A DNA stretch of 62,274 bases, the filler included, from Sphacelaria rigidula (taxonomy: Eukaryota), in assembly GCA_964200075.2 (NCBI GenBank). It is 7 parts of 7 records of this genome, joined end to end, with 100 filler letters (N's around TTAATTAATTAA, not from the genome) between each part and the next. Parts side by side here need not be neighbours in the genome. Positions count along the whole stretch, not along the records: positions 35,648 to 44,457 come from CAXNAA020010039.1; positions 44,558 to 53,366 come from CAXNAA020010040.1; positions 53,467 to 62,274 come from CAXNAA020010041.1; 4 more parts are not named here. One strand, given 5' to 3'. The notes beneath the pieces were generated by a model. The model was given only the letters and a program-made list of their open reading frames with translations, had not been told where the DNA came from and made no database searches. Shown here piece by piece: positions 39,252 through 53,908 of this stretch; within the stretch, counting starts at the first letter, position 1; every line of letters starts with the position of its first letter. The position numbers and the translations under genes are program-made.

Positions 39252-40387
39252 TTTCATCCAACAACGTCAGACACATTCTGCCACATCCTCATCGGCAGTC
39301 AGCCGTGTCCACTGATCGATTCTCACACTCGTGTCCACTGATCCACTATCGCAGTCGAGTCCGTACCCCATCCCCTCACGGGGGTCACGAAGCTGCACAC
39401 ACGCAGTAGATCATCTCGAGCACCGCTCTGTACAAAAGAGTCTCGCGGCCACTTCGATATTTCCTGTGAAATCCAACCGCTCGGAGCAAAACTGTGCAAT
39501 GGGTGGTGCGCAGACTGTCGAAAATTTACAACCGCCAATAATAGAGCCAAAAATGCGTCCCTCTTTTAGCTGTGTTCGAGAACTCGCATGGATCCATAAC
39601 CGGGCGAAGATCCATGACTCAAAGTTGGCACACTACCGAAATCTTCAGGTGAAAGCCTCATACCGCCTGATCGAGAGTTTATACCGGTGAAAAAGTATGA
39701 AAGATACCACCCTGGTGGCTATGAGGCTATCGTGAAGTATGTAACATGAGCTCCGGAACTGTCGGTAAGGAGACCTTGCTCCCTGCCCACGCGCTTGTGA
39801 AGGGATCCTCGGCAGGAGACACAGTTCGTACCGAAACAGCTACTTCGCCAGCTCTCGCGCCAAATGGCGCCGGAGCAAAGACTGAGAAACCTCAATAACA
39901 CAGTGAAGGCTGGAACATGCTTCTTAGCTGAGGTACTTCATTCGTTCATCCATGAGAAATTATTCTTCACGATTCTTGCCGTTCGTTTCACCAAAGATTT
40001 GCCATGTGTGAAATTAAGCTCTTGGTTCAAAATCCAAGCATCACCACGTGATACTTTGATTTCTGCCGTCCGGTTCAACAGACGGTTAGTTGCGTGAGCC
40101 TGCTGCCCCGTTCAACGCCAGTTATCTGACACCTTGCATTACCCGTGGAAAGCCTTGAAACACACGAAATACAAGAGAAAACACATGAAGTTCGACAAGG
40201 CAGCTGGCAAGATGTTTTTGGTGCTGCCCATTTTCCTGTAGTACCCTCTATAATCGTCATAATACAATGTATAATAAAAAAATGAGGTACTACCAGTACA
40301 CGTACTCGTAGTACCCTCCTGATAGCCACCGTGTTCACCCCACACAGTGCCTACTTGCGCCACCAAACCTGTGGCTTCAATACTCAC

Positions 40388-40900
40388 CTACGACATCAAG
40401 CAGCATATATGTCCTGAAAGTTTCAGCACAATCGGACGCCAGGTGCGGTGTGCATGTAGGTGCAATCTTCGAAGGTACTTCTACTAATTTCCATATCATG
40501 GATTTGAGGGAATACCACCCGCTATCTGTCGTGTTCCTGCGTGTAAAAGAGTCGAAAGGTTGCGCACGCTGCCCAAGCATGTCGGGCGTGCGGCTGATGC
40601 GCCGGAAATTTGTTTGGAGATGCCCAGCTGGCATGCAGCGCTGCGCCCTGAACCAAAAGTGCGCTTCCCTATTTTGTCCCTTTATCCACAATAAGGTTAT
40701 ACCCTATCCTGTCTACTCCCCAAGATTCGAATACTGTACCGCATGCAATGACACTATAATACCGATAAAATGAAGTAGGGTCGTACCTGCATATGCTCAG
40801 GTGAGGCTCCGAGTCCCAGCGCTTGGTGAAGCTACTGCAGTACGCATCAGGTGAGATCATATTATGCGCCTGAATCTTTTCGATATTTGATGCCCATGTA
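40388..40900 (-). pseudogene. Two phase-compatible candidate exons, possibly a decayed intron-containing (Sola-like) transposase
   Basis: AG|GTACGA donor near 40786, CGCAG acceptor at 40537, G|GTGAGT donor at 40387. The joined peptide ..YCSSFTKRWDSEPHLSICRNTTDSGWY..PHLASDCAETFRTY loosely resembles Sola transposase motifs. Confidence 0.3.
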
Positions 40901-43900
40901 TGAACCCAAGTGTGGGGCACTAATGAGTGCATCGCAGTACAAAATAGTGCTGTACTGACTCTACCCTGTAGTGTACTACCATTATATCTGTTGATGCATG
41001 TCTTCTCTGTGTTCAAATTCCCCTTCTCAAAGTCTGTGTACGAGTGCAGAGGTAGGGCAGTGCAATAACAATTTGCCTTATAGGGCTCGTGTCGTGAAGT
41101 AAAAATCACAGGCGAAGGATCCGTACGTTGAGTCAGCACCAACACTCCCTCATCCAGCCTTTCGAAAGAACTACGGCACAACACGGGAGGGACATTGCGG
41201 TTTACCTCCCACAGATGCGGTACGGCTGAAAAATGCGAATGTTTTTGTTTTCGAGCGAAGCGCGATCATGGCCGGGTGTTAAAAATCGGCATCTAACCAA
41301 AGTCGGGGACCCATTCAAGATCAAGCGAACACATGGGACGTATCCATTTATCGTGCTTTCATGTACAGTATTACATCATGAGCACATCCACGCCCTCTCT
41401 CGTGTGCTGTAGCTGTCACTTTGCTGTGACTGTTGTCTGTCAAACCTTGCGAAGACGGTTTGGTCTCCGCTGGGATTGCCTGTGCTGCACTGACTGTTGG
41501 TCATGTTCCGCTCTGTACAAGATAATTGTAGGCGGCAATTGGTTGGCACGCAGTCTCCCCACACTGTTTGAGCCATCAAGGTGTGTGGACTATTCTGTCT
41601 TCTGTTAAAGGAACAAGCACACCAATCGTTTCTTTGCTGTAGTTGTCGCTGTACTGTCTGTCGTGCGTTTGAATCCTTCGAACACGGTTTGATGTGCGCT
41701 GGAGAGGGCCTGGGCTGCTGTACTGCTACTGTGTCCGGTCACGCACATACTTCGAAGTATGTATCAGTGCAGGTTCTCCGAAAGTTTGCACAAAATAATC
41801 TATTAACCCTTTTTGGACCGCCTCCCCACTAACACAGGGTTGACCCTGTGTTCGTGAAATAATTAAGAATATGTCTTCGAGCGACCTGCCCAATCACCAC
41901 GAGGCAAAATTTATCAGGGAGGGATACGTGACACGTGACGTTTTAACGTCACACATTGGAAAAACGTAGCTTTGGGTCATTCAACGCTGCGTAAGATTTG
42001 ATTTTTTGGATGGGACATGTGTAACGTAACGTGATGTAACGTGTGGTCATTTGCTTGAACTCTAACATGACGTTTTACTTTCCAAATGTGACAAAAACTC
42101 TGCTTGTTTTCATGAATATGTCACGTGTCACGTGTCACGTGTCACGTTAAAAATTCACAAAAATAGCCTTTATTTACGACTACAAGTATATGTGTGCAAA
42201 TATTCAGTCTGACTCCAGGAATCTGCGTGAACATTCAGGCGGTTGTGCGACGATGTGAGCCTCAAATGTGAAAACTCCTGACTACTTGATTTTAGTACAG
42301 GAACATAGCTTAACGTTGAAACGACAAGAACTACATTGGGCTTCGACTTTCGCCATGAAACTTCGCACTAATGTTCCCTGGGCTACCTCGGGAGGCAAAT
42401 ATTATATATTTTTTCGCGTTGAGGCATTCTGCACCGACTTTTGGGAGTCTTCACGCCTGGACACGCGGGAACCGGTCAAGAGTGGAAGAACATTGAAAAA
42501 CGCTGAAATATTTTCCCAACAGTACATTTTCTTATTCGAAGCACTAATACCTACCGAGCTACCAGCTTGAGAGCGATCAGAGGTTTTCTCCGACGGATAT
42601 AGGGGAAATCGTGAAGGCGCTTTATGACTCTTTGGTGTACATAATCAGTCAAAATCCTACGACGCCGAAACCCTGTCATCATCGAAAGACAGAGGTTGTA
42701 GGCCCTTTATCACCAAAGAAATGTTTTCTCAGCGAAGTTCTCAAATCTAGAAGAGCTCCCAACGGCTCATTTTTATCTAGATCTACTGTTGCTGTTAGAT
42801 ATCTCATTACAGATGGTGCTGATCTCGTCGTTTGCTTGCCTTCGCCCGCAAAATAAAGGATAGCGTTATGCTACCTGCCCCGTGTATATGGCGTTCATAA
42901 CTGCGGTAAACATCTTTCTTGCAGCCTCTGTGTGACACAGGGGGGGCAGTCGGACAGGCTAAGGCGTGATCGATCGGCTATCTCGGGATGCTGCAGCAGC
43001 ACACATGAGTAAAAATACCTACTGTAGAAAGCCCCGTGTGAAGATTGCAGCATGCTTGCTTTCTGTGAGTTGTATGCGCAGATACACCCAATCAAACCAC
43101 CAGCTATACACTTTTCAGACGGTGCGGTAGCGTACACTCTTAGCAGCACTGCAGGCAAGTAGGTAGCTACTGGATTTTTTCTGCTCTTCACTTCGAAAGT
43201 GCGTATGTCTGCAAACGACGACCACCGTGCTTGGCCCCAACAGCTGAGCACCGCCGCCGGGGCACACACCGTCTAAGGATACAGGTACCGCCAACCCGCG
43301 GTGCTTTTCACTCTACAACATGGCCCAGGGTGTCACTAGCAAGGTTCCTGATTATTCTCGCATACTTGCGAGCGCCACGGCGTCCGCCGAGGGCAGCTCT
43401 GCGGAGTATTGGGCTGCGGTCCGAAATATTTGGCGTTCGCCAAACGTGAAGGCTTGGCGAAAAAGTCTAGCCACTTCATCATTGAAGAACGCCAAGCGCC
43501 AGGTGCGAAAGCGCCTAAAATCTTGGCGATCTCCCGAGAAACTGTGTCGATAATAACGGCCCTTAACCCTTTTGGGACCGGGCCTCCAGAACGACCAATG
43601 AGGCTGGTCAGGAATGACGTGTCTGGCATCTGCACGAAACAGTGGCGTGCTGATGAAAATCCGCGTATGTAACCGCAGGGTGATGACAAAGATCGAAAGT
43701 TTTATCTAATATATTTACAGGTGCAGGGTGCGCATTAAGTGGTGTACATCCGATGTAGCAAGCAGTATGGGTCGTGGTAGAGAGCTTCCAACAGGATGCG
43801 GCGATCGGCGGGCCGCCTGCCATTTGTGGCTTTAGATGATGCTCTTGTCCCCGTCACCTCGGCCGCCATTTCGCTCTTTGTTGCATGCGGCAAATTCTCT

Positions 43901-46900
43901 TCGAACGGTATCAGCGTTGCGGCGCGCATGCACACACACAGTGTAGTACAGCACAGTGTAGTACACGTCTCTCCGTCTGGAGCAGCATCTGCGGCTGCAT
44001 ACTCCCTTGCACGTTCTGGGCAATTCTCAGCTACCGAGATCAACTGCCTACATACCGCTTCTTCACCCTCACCCACTACATACATGTCAGCTGCACACTG
44101 CAAGTCATCGGTAGAGGGATAGGCAGAATTCATGACGGTAGCTCATTTTGTCTTTTCACGGGCCACCCGGGTTTATTGCCTCGTGAAAATGACCACATGG
44201 TAGCACGTACACTATTTCCCGGTTTTTCCGGTCGACCCTGTGTTAGTGTAAATACTACGTTTCAGTATGAAATCGTGACCCCAAAAACCACGGGAAAACT
44301 CGGGAACGCTGTACTGAGTGCAAGAAATATCGTATAACCAAGTTCTGACCGCCCTGCACTTGGAAACCTGGGAAGGCTTATCTGGGCCAGGGATAGGGCC
44401 CCCACACGATCTTTGCAGTGGTATCACACTCTCCAACAATCCCTGCGATGGTCGTTCNNNNNNNNNNNNNNNNNNNNNNNNNNNNNNNNNNNNNNNNNNN
44501 NTTAATTAATTAANNNNNNNNNNNNNNNNNNNNNNNNNNNNNNNNNNNNNNNNNNNNGAAAAGAGGTGACTGCTGGTCCAAGGGCTATCCACGCAACTTT
44601 TACGCCATTCCACGTGTCTAGGCTGCGTGTACCTGGGTTGCAACGCTGAAAACAAAGCCCAGGGATTGATTGGTACGAATCAATTATACGAAAACCAAGT
44701 AATTTCCAGACGAATCATTATTTGTCCGACCCTTGCTTCGGAGAGCTGACTTGCGTTTAAGCTGTGGTGTTCGCGAGCGTTCGAGAGCCACCAGGAACCT
44801 TGCGAGTGATACCTTGGGCCATGTCGGAGAGTATAAACGCCGTAGGTTGGAGGGAGTGGGGTCCTCAAGCCGGCGGAGGCGAGCCAGCGACGAGATCAAC
44901 GTTGTGTCCTTAATGAGGGATCTAACGGCAGCCATCGGCGGTAAAACTCGATATGGGCCGTTTGGAGATCTCCAGAATTCCAGGACTACTCCAAAACACA
45001 CATTTTGCGATAGTAATGGACCTCCGCGGGAACTTTCGCGCGAGACGTACCTCTCTTCCGCCGACTCTTACTAACTCATTCACCAACAGCTGCAAGAGGA
45101 GGGCGTTGGCGTGTGGATATCGTAAGGGGGCATAATAAGGACTGCGCGGCGTGTAGAGCGGGTGCGAATTGCCACAAGCGTCCGTACGCAACCGTGGTGC
45201 ACCTTCTGGTTCTGGTTTTGGAGCAGCGCTGAGCATGAGATGATGAAGCAGATTTGAACAACGGCCAAGTATTGAGGCGGCCGGGCTGAGTGATACTTTA
45301 CGAGCTGAGCTGAGCGACTTTCTATTGAATGCGGTGGTGGCCCTGCTGTTGACTCAATCGGCAAGGCTCCAAAACATACCAGCGATACAATTCATTCTCG
45401 CGGGCCATACGGTCAGCTCCTGAACATTCCGGCGGTCACGCAGTTGGTATTTACGACCTGCTCGCTGAAAGAAATATACGAAGATATGCCGACTACAGGA
45501 GTGTTGAATAAAACAAGGAACAGAGACCGTCGCACAACATACACGCCGCCACCAACTCAGAGAGCACCTCGATGTGAGTCTCGCTTCTTCTAGAGAAGGC
45601 CCTCAACAAATATCCGTTGATGTGTTGCGGACCAAGTTTGAAATTGTTGGGGGAAGCCGGAAACATTGCAGGAAGGACAACTGTGTAACTTTTGTTTGGC
45701 AATGCGGTTAAACAATGCGAATGTTGTGCGCTGCACACAGTAAAGTGTTTGCGCTACCTCACGCTGACCAGCTTTCGGTTGTTTGATCGACCACTCCTCA
45801 TGGTTCAGGCATCAAACTACTAGAATGTGCTCGGGAATCATGTGTGCTGGTAGCGGGTTTGCGATGCTCAGATGCACAGTACACTTCCTCTGTTCCGAAA
45901 GTAAATTCGGTTATATTTACACGGGGCCTTGATCCTTAGAAAGCGAGCGTCGCCTCGGAACAGTTTCACAGGCTGAGTCCAGGGACATCCGAGAATTTCC
46001 GGGGGGCGCGGGGGTGGTTTTTGACAGGGGGAAGGGGACATGTTCGCAGAACAGCGAGAATGCTCACCAAGTCGACCATGTGCGTTCGGAAGTTTCCCAC
46101 GGAAAATTAAGCCAGGAACGAGGCTCGAATGGAGCGGAGTGACCATTCTGACAAATCACGGCAATCAAAATGGTGACTTCGTTCCCCTACAGGTGACGTA
46201 CAGGTGGACTACTTGGCTGTCGAGCCGTGTTTCTCATTTTGGTCTAGACAATTCAACCGTAGGTAACATGGGCACAAACAACGTGCTTTTTACTCTGCTC
46301 GTGGTCTCTGCCGCCCGCCTGACCCATATGTGTTGCCAGCGTTGCTTCACACTGTCTGTAGCGTTGTTGTGGAACACTAAGCAGAGAGATCAGCAGCATG
46401 CAGTAGGTTGTGTTGAGTGGAGAGCGATGACACGCTGACTATGTCTTGCCGTTGTATCTTGCGAAGACGTGAAGCACACATACTGACTGCACGCGATAGA
46501 CTGCAGAGTCAAGACCGGCCAGGGGTTCTCCGGCACTATTTTTTACATAAATGCCCAACATCCACATCTTGATGAAAAATACGTTTTGTATAACGAGAAA
46601 ATAACTGTTCTGAACCGCAACTGTGGCTTAACCAATCGCAGTCCACCTGCGGGGGCGTCGCTGTCTAAGCCTTTGACCGCCGGGGTAGGTCCGGTGTTGA
46701 ATTGGCATCACTTACACCTGAAAAATGACTGCGTGACCCAGATGACCTGCCCTGCCGGTCACGGGGTTGACCGTGTCCGATGCGTTAGGCGATAATGTTC
46801 TTGAAATCTACGGCGTTCATTCATTTTTTTCGCGCACTACCCTACGTGGGCGAATGACCGAAGAAAACTCAGTCGGCCCGAAAATGGTCATTCCTCGCCC

Positions 46901-47581
46901 CCATTCAGGCGGGGGAAAGTTGAAAAAAAAACGTGAAAAGAGATTGTTGACCGCACGCAGCGCCTCGGCTTTTGTTGGAGCAAGACGCGACGGTCGCCTA
47001 CTCCGACGTTTGTTTGAGAGGTCGAGCCTCCCAGTGTCGTCTATGCTAGCTTTGCAGTCAGTTTGGCCGGGTACTCGGGACCAACACCATAGCGCTCGGT
47101 TAGCGGAAATGCCCTTCGACACCCTCGATTTTCCTGGCGGAATGGCCAGCACTATATTCACCGCCATGGGGTAACGGCGGCCCAATGATAATACTTGGGC
47201 GCCCCGTTTACGTAAGGGATGCTGACAGGAGAGTTCATCATGGTAGAGATGGGTAGTGAGCGATTAACCCTTAGACCGCGAGGGTAGTCCATCTGGATCA
47301 TGCACACTTTCTTCAAGTGAAATAGATCCCGATTCAACAGATGACCTACTCTCGCCGTCCAAGGGTAATTGTCGAAATTGTAACAAAAGCGGGCAATCGT
47401 CAAAAACGTTTCAAAAGAGATTCCCCCCAAATTCCCAACAATCATGGCTCCGATTTTTTTTCTCTTGTGAGCATCTCCATAACTTCATATTTTCAATAAA
47501 CTTGACTGTACATAGTAGGTCCCCCAGTTGAGGATATATGATCGGCACCACACAACCGACCTTACAGGGACAGAGGAAGTG

Positions 47582-48500
47582 CAGTAGTCAGCATCAGAAG
47601 TCTGTGGAATTCGTAATTCCTTAGTTACTTGTATATGTTCCAAAAATATTTTGCTTGCCACCGCTCATCATGGTGGAAGTTGAATACTATAACATGGAGA
47701 TCTGGAAATATTATCATCCTCTTGACAGATTACGAAGGAAAAAAATCTGCGATCAATAATGAGTGCCTTACAGGCTCAACCGATCTTCGGGGGTTCTGCG
47801 AAAGTGCAACCACAGGTTCTAGCTTTTCGGAACTTGCGATGGCCCGACTTGATCCCGATCATATATGTGAAACATAAAAGTATATATATATATATATTTA
47901 ATTTTTACTTTTTCATTACGCTAGAGCCGCAAAACTATGTTTATTGGACCATTCACGGTCGATAACACCCTCCTGATATACGGAGTCTTTACTCCGTATC
48001 GCCCCCACAACACCAACTTGGGCATTGTCATTTGGGCACGATCTACTTATTTTACCAGAACTATCGACGGTAGTACTTTCGAGTGCTCATGGAGAATAGT
48101 ATGCGAAAACCCCGCGAAAAAAAAGCCAACCACGGAAAATGCTGGACTGAGGTCTGTGCATGTATAATATAGGGGGGAAAGACAATCTCAATCGTTATTG
48201 TGGAGAATTGTATACATATTTAATTATCTGAACATTTACTGTTTCGTTGCAAAAAAGCCCGAAAAACCTGCTTTTATTGGGCCAAAAACGTTCAATAACA
48301 CCCTCCTAATAAACGGGGTATCTAGCCCGCATCGCCTTCCAAAAAAACCTTGGGCACTGCAGTTTGAGCGCGGCCTACGATTTCCCCTAAATCTACCGAC
48401 GCTAGCACTTTCAAATAGTTACGGAGAATAGTACTCGAGAAAAACTCAAGAACAATACGTAACAACTACCGATTCCGCATACTTCTGATGCTGACTACTA
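47582..48500. mobile_element. Non-autonomous TIR element, Tc1/mariner-like termini (second copy about 3280-3946)
   Basis: 19-bp perfect TIR AGTAGTCAGCATCAGAAGT (47583-47601 / 48481-48499); internal module AACACCCTCCTGATAAACGG duplicated within each copy. Confidence 0.8.
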
Positions 48501-51500
48501 TCATGATCCATGATCCGTCTAGCGGCTGTCGACCACGAATGTATGACCAAAAATCCGCTTGTTTCCACAAAGTAGAGCTCGTTCACATTGAAATCGAGTA
48601 CCATCATTTGGGAGAGTTCTTCGAAGAGTCATCACTTGGAGTTGAATAATCTACTGGATACAGTGTGAGACAGCTAGCTGCTATGGACAAGTTCGCAAGT
48701 TTGATGAAAAACAGACTCCATGCCTGCCCGAGCAGGAAGCGCGGATGGCGGGTACGCAAACGAACATGAAACACATATCAACACTTGAACTTTGCTCCGC
48801 GGTGTGTCTGCATACAGATGGGTATTCAGTATTCAGTTCGGGTAAATGTAGGGTTGGTGTGGCATCATTTCTCGATGAAGTTGAAATTACTGCACAATAC
48901 AAGAGTGATGAATAATGCCAGCGGCCAGCGGTGCTCCGAGCTCCCGCCCTCTGAAACACAGGAAGCACCGGGCCACTTGTTCATCCCAGGGCGGCAGAAG
49001 TCCAAGAGGAAAAAATTACTCGCGCCTTTTACACATTTCGATCAAAAGTGACCTATGATCTGGAGGGATGTCAGATGTCAGACGAATAGCTCCCAGCGCG
49101 GGAAGATGGGCATTTCCGGAGATGTCAGGCAGGAAAATTCCGCGAGGAAGGCGATTATTCTCGAACCAAGTAACGACTGTCATCCATCCCCATTGAAGAT
49201 AAAAAAAAAGTGTTGGTACTAAGATCGAGTACGGTAGTGTCATAAAAGCTGTCAACCATTCTTACGATAAATGATCAGGCCATTCTGTTGTGAACACCGA
49301 CATTCGGGATCTTCAGTGGGGCTGACAGTCCCAAGTGCTCCCTAGCGCTTGCAGAACGCGTTTTTGTAAAAATCGATGCCGCGTCGGGGCTGCGGTCGCC
49401 TATTTCACATTTGCCAACGCATACTTTGCCAACATAATCCCTTGCACCCCACTTGCCCCCAGGGTTCTCGACAGCAAGGGTAGGTGAGTGTTATTTCGAA
49501 ACCATACATTGACGAGAACGATACTTTGAAAAACAATTCTACGGTGTAGAAAACCGAGCTCACCGAGTGCTACTCGACTGCGCGGGTTTCGAATGCAGTG
49601 CGTATTTCACTCGACGAAACAGCAGACAGAAGCACCACCCGACAACGAGTATGAGACACTGGGAGATATTTGGTACCGTCCCCCATGCTGCGTAAGTACT
49701 GTACGACCACCTCTAGGTTCAGTGGCTGAGTGCGTACTGTGGGCAGCATGGCACACGACGATGCAACACAGTAACTTTACAGCGCACATGCATCCACACC
49801 CCACACAATCGTTATGTACATGCACGATGAGACAAGTAGAGGGAGCATTGTCGTAACTAAGGACCACTCCGTACGGTACAGCAAAGAGCAAGCTATCTTG
49901 AGGTGAGGCTAACTGGTCTGTATCGACAGATTAACCCTTTCGTCGCCAGTGTGGGTCATGTACCTTTGGCATTCATTTTCTAGGGACAACTTGACGCAGA
50001 TAGCCCACTCTGGCAGTCACAGGTGGAGAGTAAAGTTGGCTCTCAACCACTAGCCTTACCTTTCGTGAAACATACCATCGCTTTACACATGGTGAACAAA
50101 CATGCGGCACCAGCAATGAATTTCGTCATCTGGCCGTGCTTGTCGCACCCTGCATCAGCACCGCCTCACGAACACATGAACACATAATTCAGGTCGGACC
50201 GCGCACGTGTATACCTCATCATGGGTCGAACAGTAGGAAAGCCTGCTAGGAGAACCGTGCATAGTCAGGAGAAAACATCTCCATGGTATTTTCGCTCCTC
50301 CAGTTTCCCTTCGCCTCTGCTCAAATGCCTAGGCGTGCCTCGGTTATGCAGGTACGGTCATCTATCCTTCCGGTCTGGGTGTGCAGGGCCTGTTATAAAA
50401 TACCAACTGCCGGTCTAGGTGAAATCGTTCCGAAATGTTTGAACAAAGAAAAAGATTATCCCGTAATTACACAGTGATCCCGTATGCTGTGATTGATGGT
50501 TCGAAAAATGATACATCCAAGTTTTCCAGTAATATTTAATCGGAGTTTGTATGCATCGCGAGTAGCGCTGAAGATGAAGATAATACACATTTACTTAGTT
50601 CCACCTGTCTCGTTTCTCATTGCGAGAGGAGAAATCACTTTCAAAACCATCACTAGAGCTTTGTGACGCGAGAGACACGCACTTATTTCTTCTATGTTGA
50701 GCCACGGGACGTCTGCAACGTACAAAAAGTTGTCACTGGAGGAGAGGGAATCGAAGGACATTCGGCTTCACGTTTCTCTTTCTGGATGGCGCTGAAGAAA
50801 AAATATTGCAGGAGGAGCGGCAGCTGCAGCCAGTTGGAAGAAAGAATGGTGCCCAATCACACACCCGCGCACCCCCCGCCAACAATACATACATGATGTA
50901 TGTATTTATTTTTTTGCGAATTCTTTCCCGGTACCGCCCCACCCGTATTGGTTGTTATGTATATTTCTGAGTCTTCTGCTGCGGGACATACCATATATTT
51001 TATATATATACGAGTACGTCTTTGGAAGATTCGTGGTACGAGCGAGCTGCAAAAAATGATATGTTGGACCAATGTTGTTCTACTTATTATTACTCTAATG
51101 AAACTGAGCTCACCACACTAACCTACACCTGATGAAACCCACTAAATATATCGTCATTTGATCTGTCCATCTTCCACGTGTGCACATCTTGTAATAATGT
51201 ACGCCCGCTATATGATGTTCGATTTCCCCCACCCAGGTATAATATCTTGTTTTTTGTATCATATCTCTTCTGCTGCAGTAGTAACTCCGGTGCGTCGTTG
51301 TTGTGGTGGTGATGGATGGTGTTGGTTTCTCCGAGGTGTACAGTACTACTACCAGCCGCCGGCAGTGTTGACAGTTTTCAGCTCCAACGAAGAAAACACG
51401 AACAAAAAAGTGAGCAGGATAAGTGAAACTCCGGATACTACTGGCACAGCAGACGGTTTTGTTTATTTATGAAGAAAAGTAACAGTTTCAAGTAACAACA

Positions 51501-51717
51501 AAACCCGATGATTTTTATACCGCAAAATTGTTACATATAGTAAACCTTATATCATCATGGCGAAAAATATTCAGGAGATGGTCAACGAGATCCGCGACGA
51601 CGGCAGAGGGGGGGGTCGGGGGGGGGGGGGGGTGGGGGGAGGGGGGGGGCGGTGACGAAATAATATTTACATTTATTTACTTCCCGAGCCGGAGATGAAT
51701 AATAGCGTGCTGCCCTG

Positions 51718-51762
<45 letters not shown>

Positions 51763-52697
51763 TACATCCGTTGAAGTTTCGTCGTTTTCTTAACGGGATA
51801 TGTAGTGCGCCTCGTTGTGAAGATGGAAAGAAAGAGAGAGGGCTACTACTTGAAAAATGGTGAGATGTGTGAGACACTCGCGATGCACCGACGATAGTTT
51901 GGCTGCCACAAAAAAGTAGCACACCAAAAAAAAACAGCAAAAGCTAATCGAAACCATGGAACTTGGCTATCATCATCATTTGCATCAACTATCTGAACCT
52001 ATGCCAACCACGTGCGAATATATAAAAGTCATATTTTCGCGTACCGCACGACTTTTTGGCTTTTTTTGTCTCCCTTCGCTGAACGGTGCGAACGGGGGCG
52101 GCGCCGGGCCGAGGCAGTCTTCCCCTTCCCGCAGAGGTATGAGGGAGGGCATACGGGACCCACAGTGTAGATTTCACCCTCGTTAAAGTGAAAGCGGCGT
52201 GATTTGTGGCTCAGATTAGAAAGTGGCCGTGACAGCGGCCAACACACTTTTATGCAAACATTCAACCCACATTGTTTGTCAAAGAAGGCTGCAGCCACAC
52301 CTATACTGTACTTACTGTGTAGCGCTTTGTAGATTGCATACCTGATCCTGTGTGTGCCACTCCTCCTGTTGTCTGGGGTCAAAACAGGGGATCTTTGGTT
52401 GGGGAAAGGGGTACATGGGGACTTGCGTTCTGTTTTCTACCTATTGGCGTGTCGTTATTGTTCGAGAAGGTGGAAAGCTTCAGGGATACGGAGTTCGAGA
52501 GAGGACCATCGAGGAGACTCGTGCAGTGAAAATCGCCTCAACAAGGGTGCAGTAAAAAAAGTAGATCGGCCCTCAGACTCTGCTGCTCAGTTATATTCTA
52601 CCGTCTCTGTACCCCATATAATAATAGGTCAAAGCGGTAGCTGTGTGTTTTTCGTACGACGAGGCTTCCTCATTTGGCAGTGAGTGTCTAATCGGAT

Positions 52698-52814
52698 ATG
52701 GCGCAGCGAGATGGGGACGATGGGCTTGCTGAGAGGTTGGGAGGGATCAGCCTTGATCCGGTGGGTGCTGGCGAGAACAACCCACCCATAGGCCCTGCCG
52801 GTCTGATCCACAAG
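52698..52814 (+). CDS. CELF/Bruno-like RNA-binding protein, first coding exon
   Basis: ATG at 52698 preceded by an in-frame TAA (52689). 39 codons MAQRDGDDGLAERLGGISLDPVGAGENNPPIGPAGLIHK end at an AAG|GTAAGC donor; phase 0 joins the next exon to give [13 protein letters not shown]. Confidence 0.8.
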
Positions 52815-53092
52815 GTAAGCGAAATCGGTGCCATTACATCAACCCCCATTTGAGATTGGATGGTTGCATTTTGGAAAAAACGGTGTGGTATGCCTTCTCC
52901 TGTATTTCGGAAAAGCTGCTTTGAGGTATCAGACATGGTAGGGGGTGCCCTTCCCGTGTTGCACGGCACAGGTACAACCCGTGCTTGTATGAATTGTTGG
53001 CCATGTGACTTTCTTGTCCATGTAGTGGTATTGTCCGGGAAGATTATGTTTCATGTATTTGACGACAGCCTGTTGATCTGCCTCCAAAATAG

Positions 53093-53231
53093 GACTCCGA
53101 TGCTATCAAGCTTTTCGTGGGGCAGATCCCAAAACATATGGAAGAGGAAGACCTGCGCCCAGTCTTCGAGGAGTTTGGCGAAATCTTCGATCTCGCCGTC
53201 ATCAGAGACAAGATCTCCGGCCTACATCGCG
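53093..53231 (+). CDS. CELF/Bruno (CUG-BP/ETR-3-like) RRM1 exon; gene truncated at contig end
   Basis: AATAG acceptor, G|GTAAGG donor. [47 protein letters not shown] closely matches the CELF RRM1 signature ([11 protein letters not shown]...DL.P.FEEFG.I.....D..TG.HKG). Confidence 0.93.
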
Positions 53232-53751
53232 GTAAGGAAACGATCGGCGTGTACATGTTTTGGGCTTGGAAAGTGCGGGGGGGGGGGGGGGGGGGCTTGG
53301 GGCTGCCGACTTCAACCCACGTGACTTACATCTCCGTGAAGTGTTCCATTTTTTTTTCCACTGGGGNNNNNNNNNNNNNNNNNNNNNNNNNNNNNNNNNN
53401 NNNNNNNNNNTTAATTAATTAANNNNNNNNNNNNNNNNNNNNNNNNNNNNNNNNNNNNNNNNNNNNAAAAAGCTTTTTTTTTTTCATTTATTTATTTTCT
53501 AATTTTTTTTTCCCCCCCCCCCAAACATAAACTTCCAACCTCCCCCCCCCCCCCCCCCCCACATACATATATGCTGCAACGTAGCTTGTCTCGCCTCTCC
53601 TCTTGGGTATACTTCATTCTCATTTGGTCCCTTTTTTTGTTGCTATTGATCATTCATGATTCCTTTCTCTTTTGCCCCGTTCTGCTTGCTTGCTTGCTTG
53701 GCTTGCTTGCTTCTTCGTCACCCAAACGTGCTTCGTGTAATAAATAAATAG

Positions 53752-53908
53752 AACAAGTGGCAATACCCTGGACTTGAGAGGCATGACCTTATCCGAGGCA
53801 TGCGACGAGTGCGACTTTTTTTTCAGCACCATGATCAACGACGGCGCGAATGGCTGTTATCTGCTTCACGGACATGGGACGGGCGCTCTCAAGACCGGTT
53901 TACGGCGG
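53752..53908 (+). CDS. Smr domain (MutS2-like C-terminus), penultimate exon
   Basis: ATAG acceptor, CGG|GTACGC donor. (R)TSGNTLDLRGMTLSEACDECDFFFSTMINDGANGCYLLHGHGTGALKTGLRR contains the Smr motifs LDLRG and HGxGTG. Confidence 0.88.
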
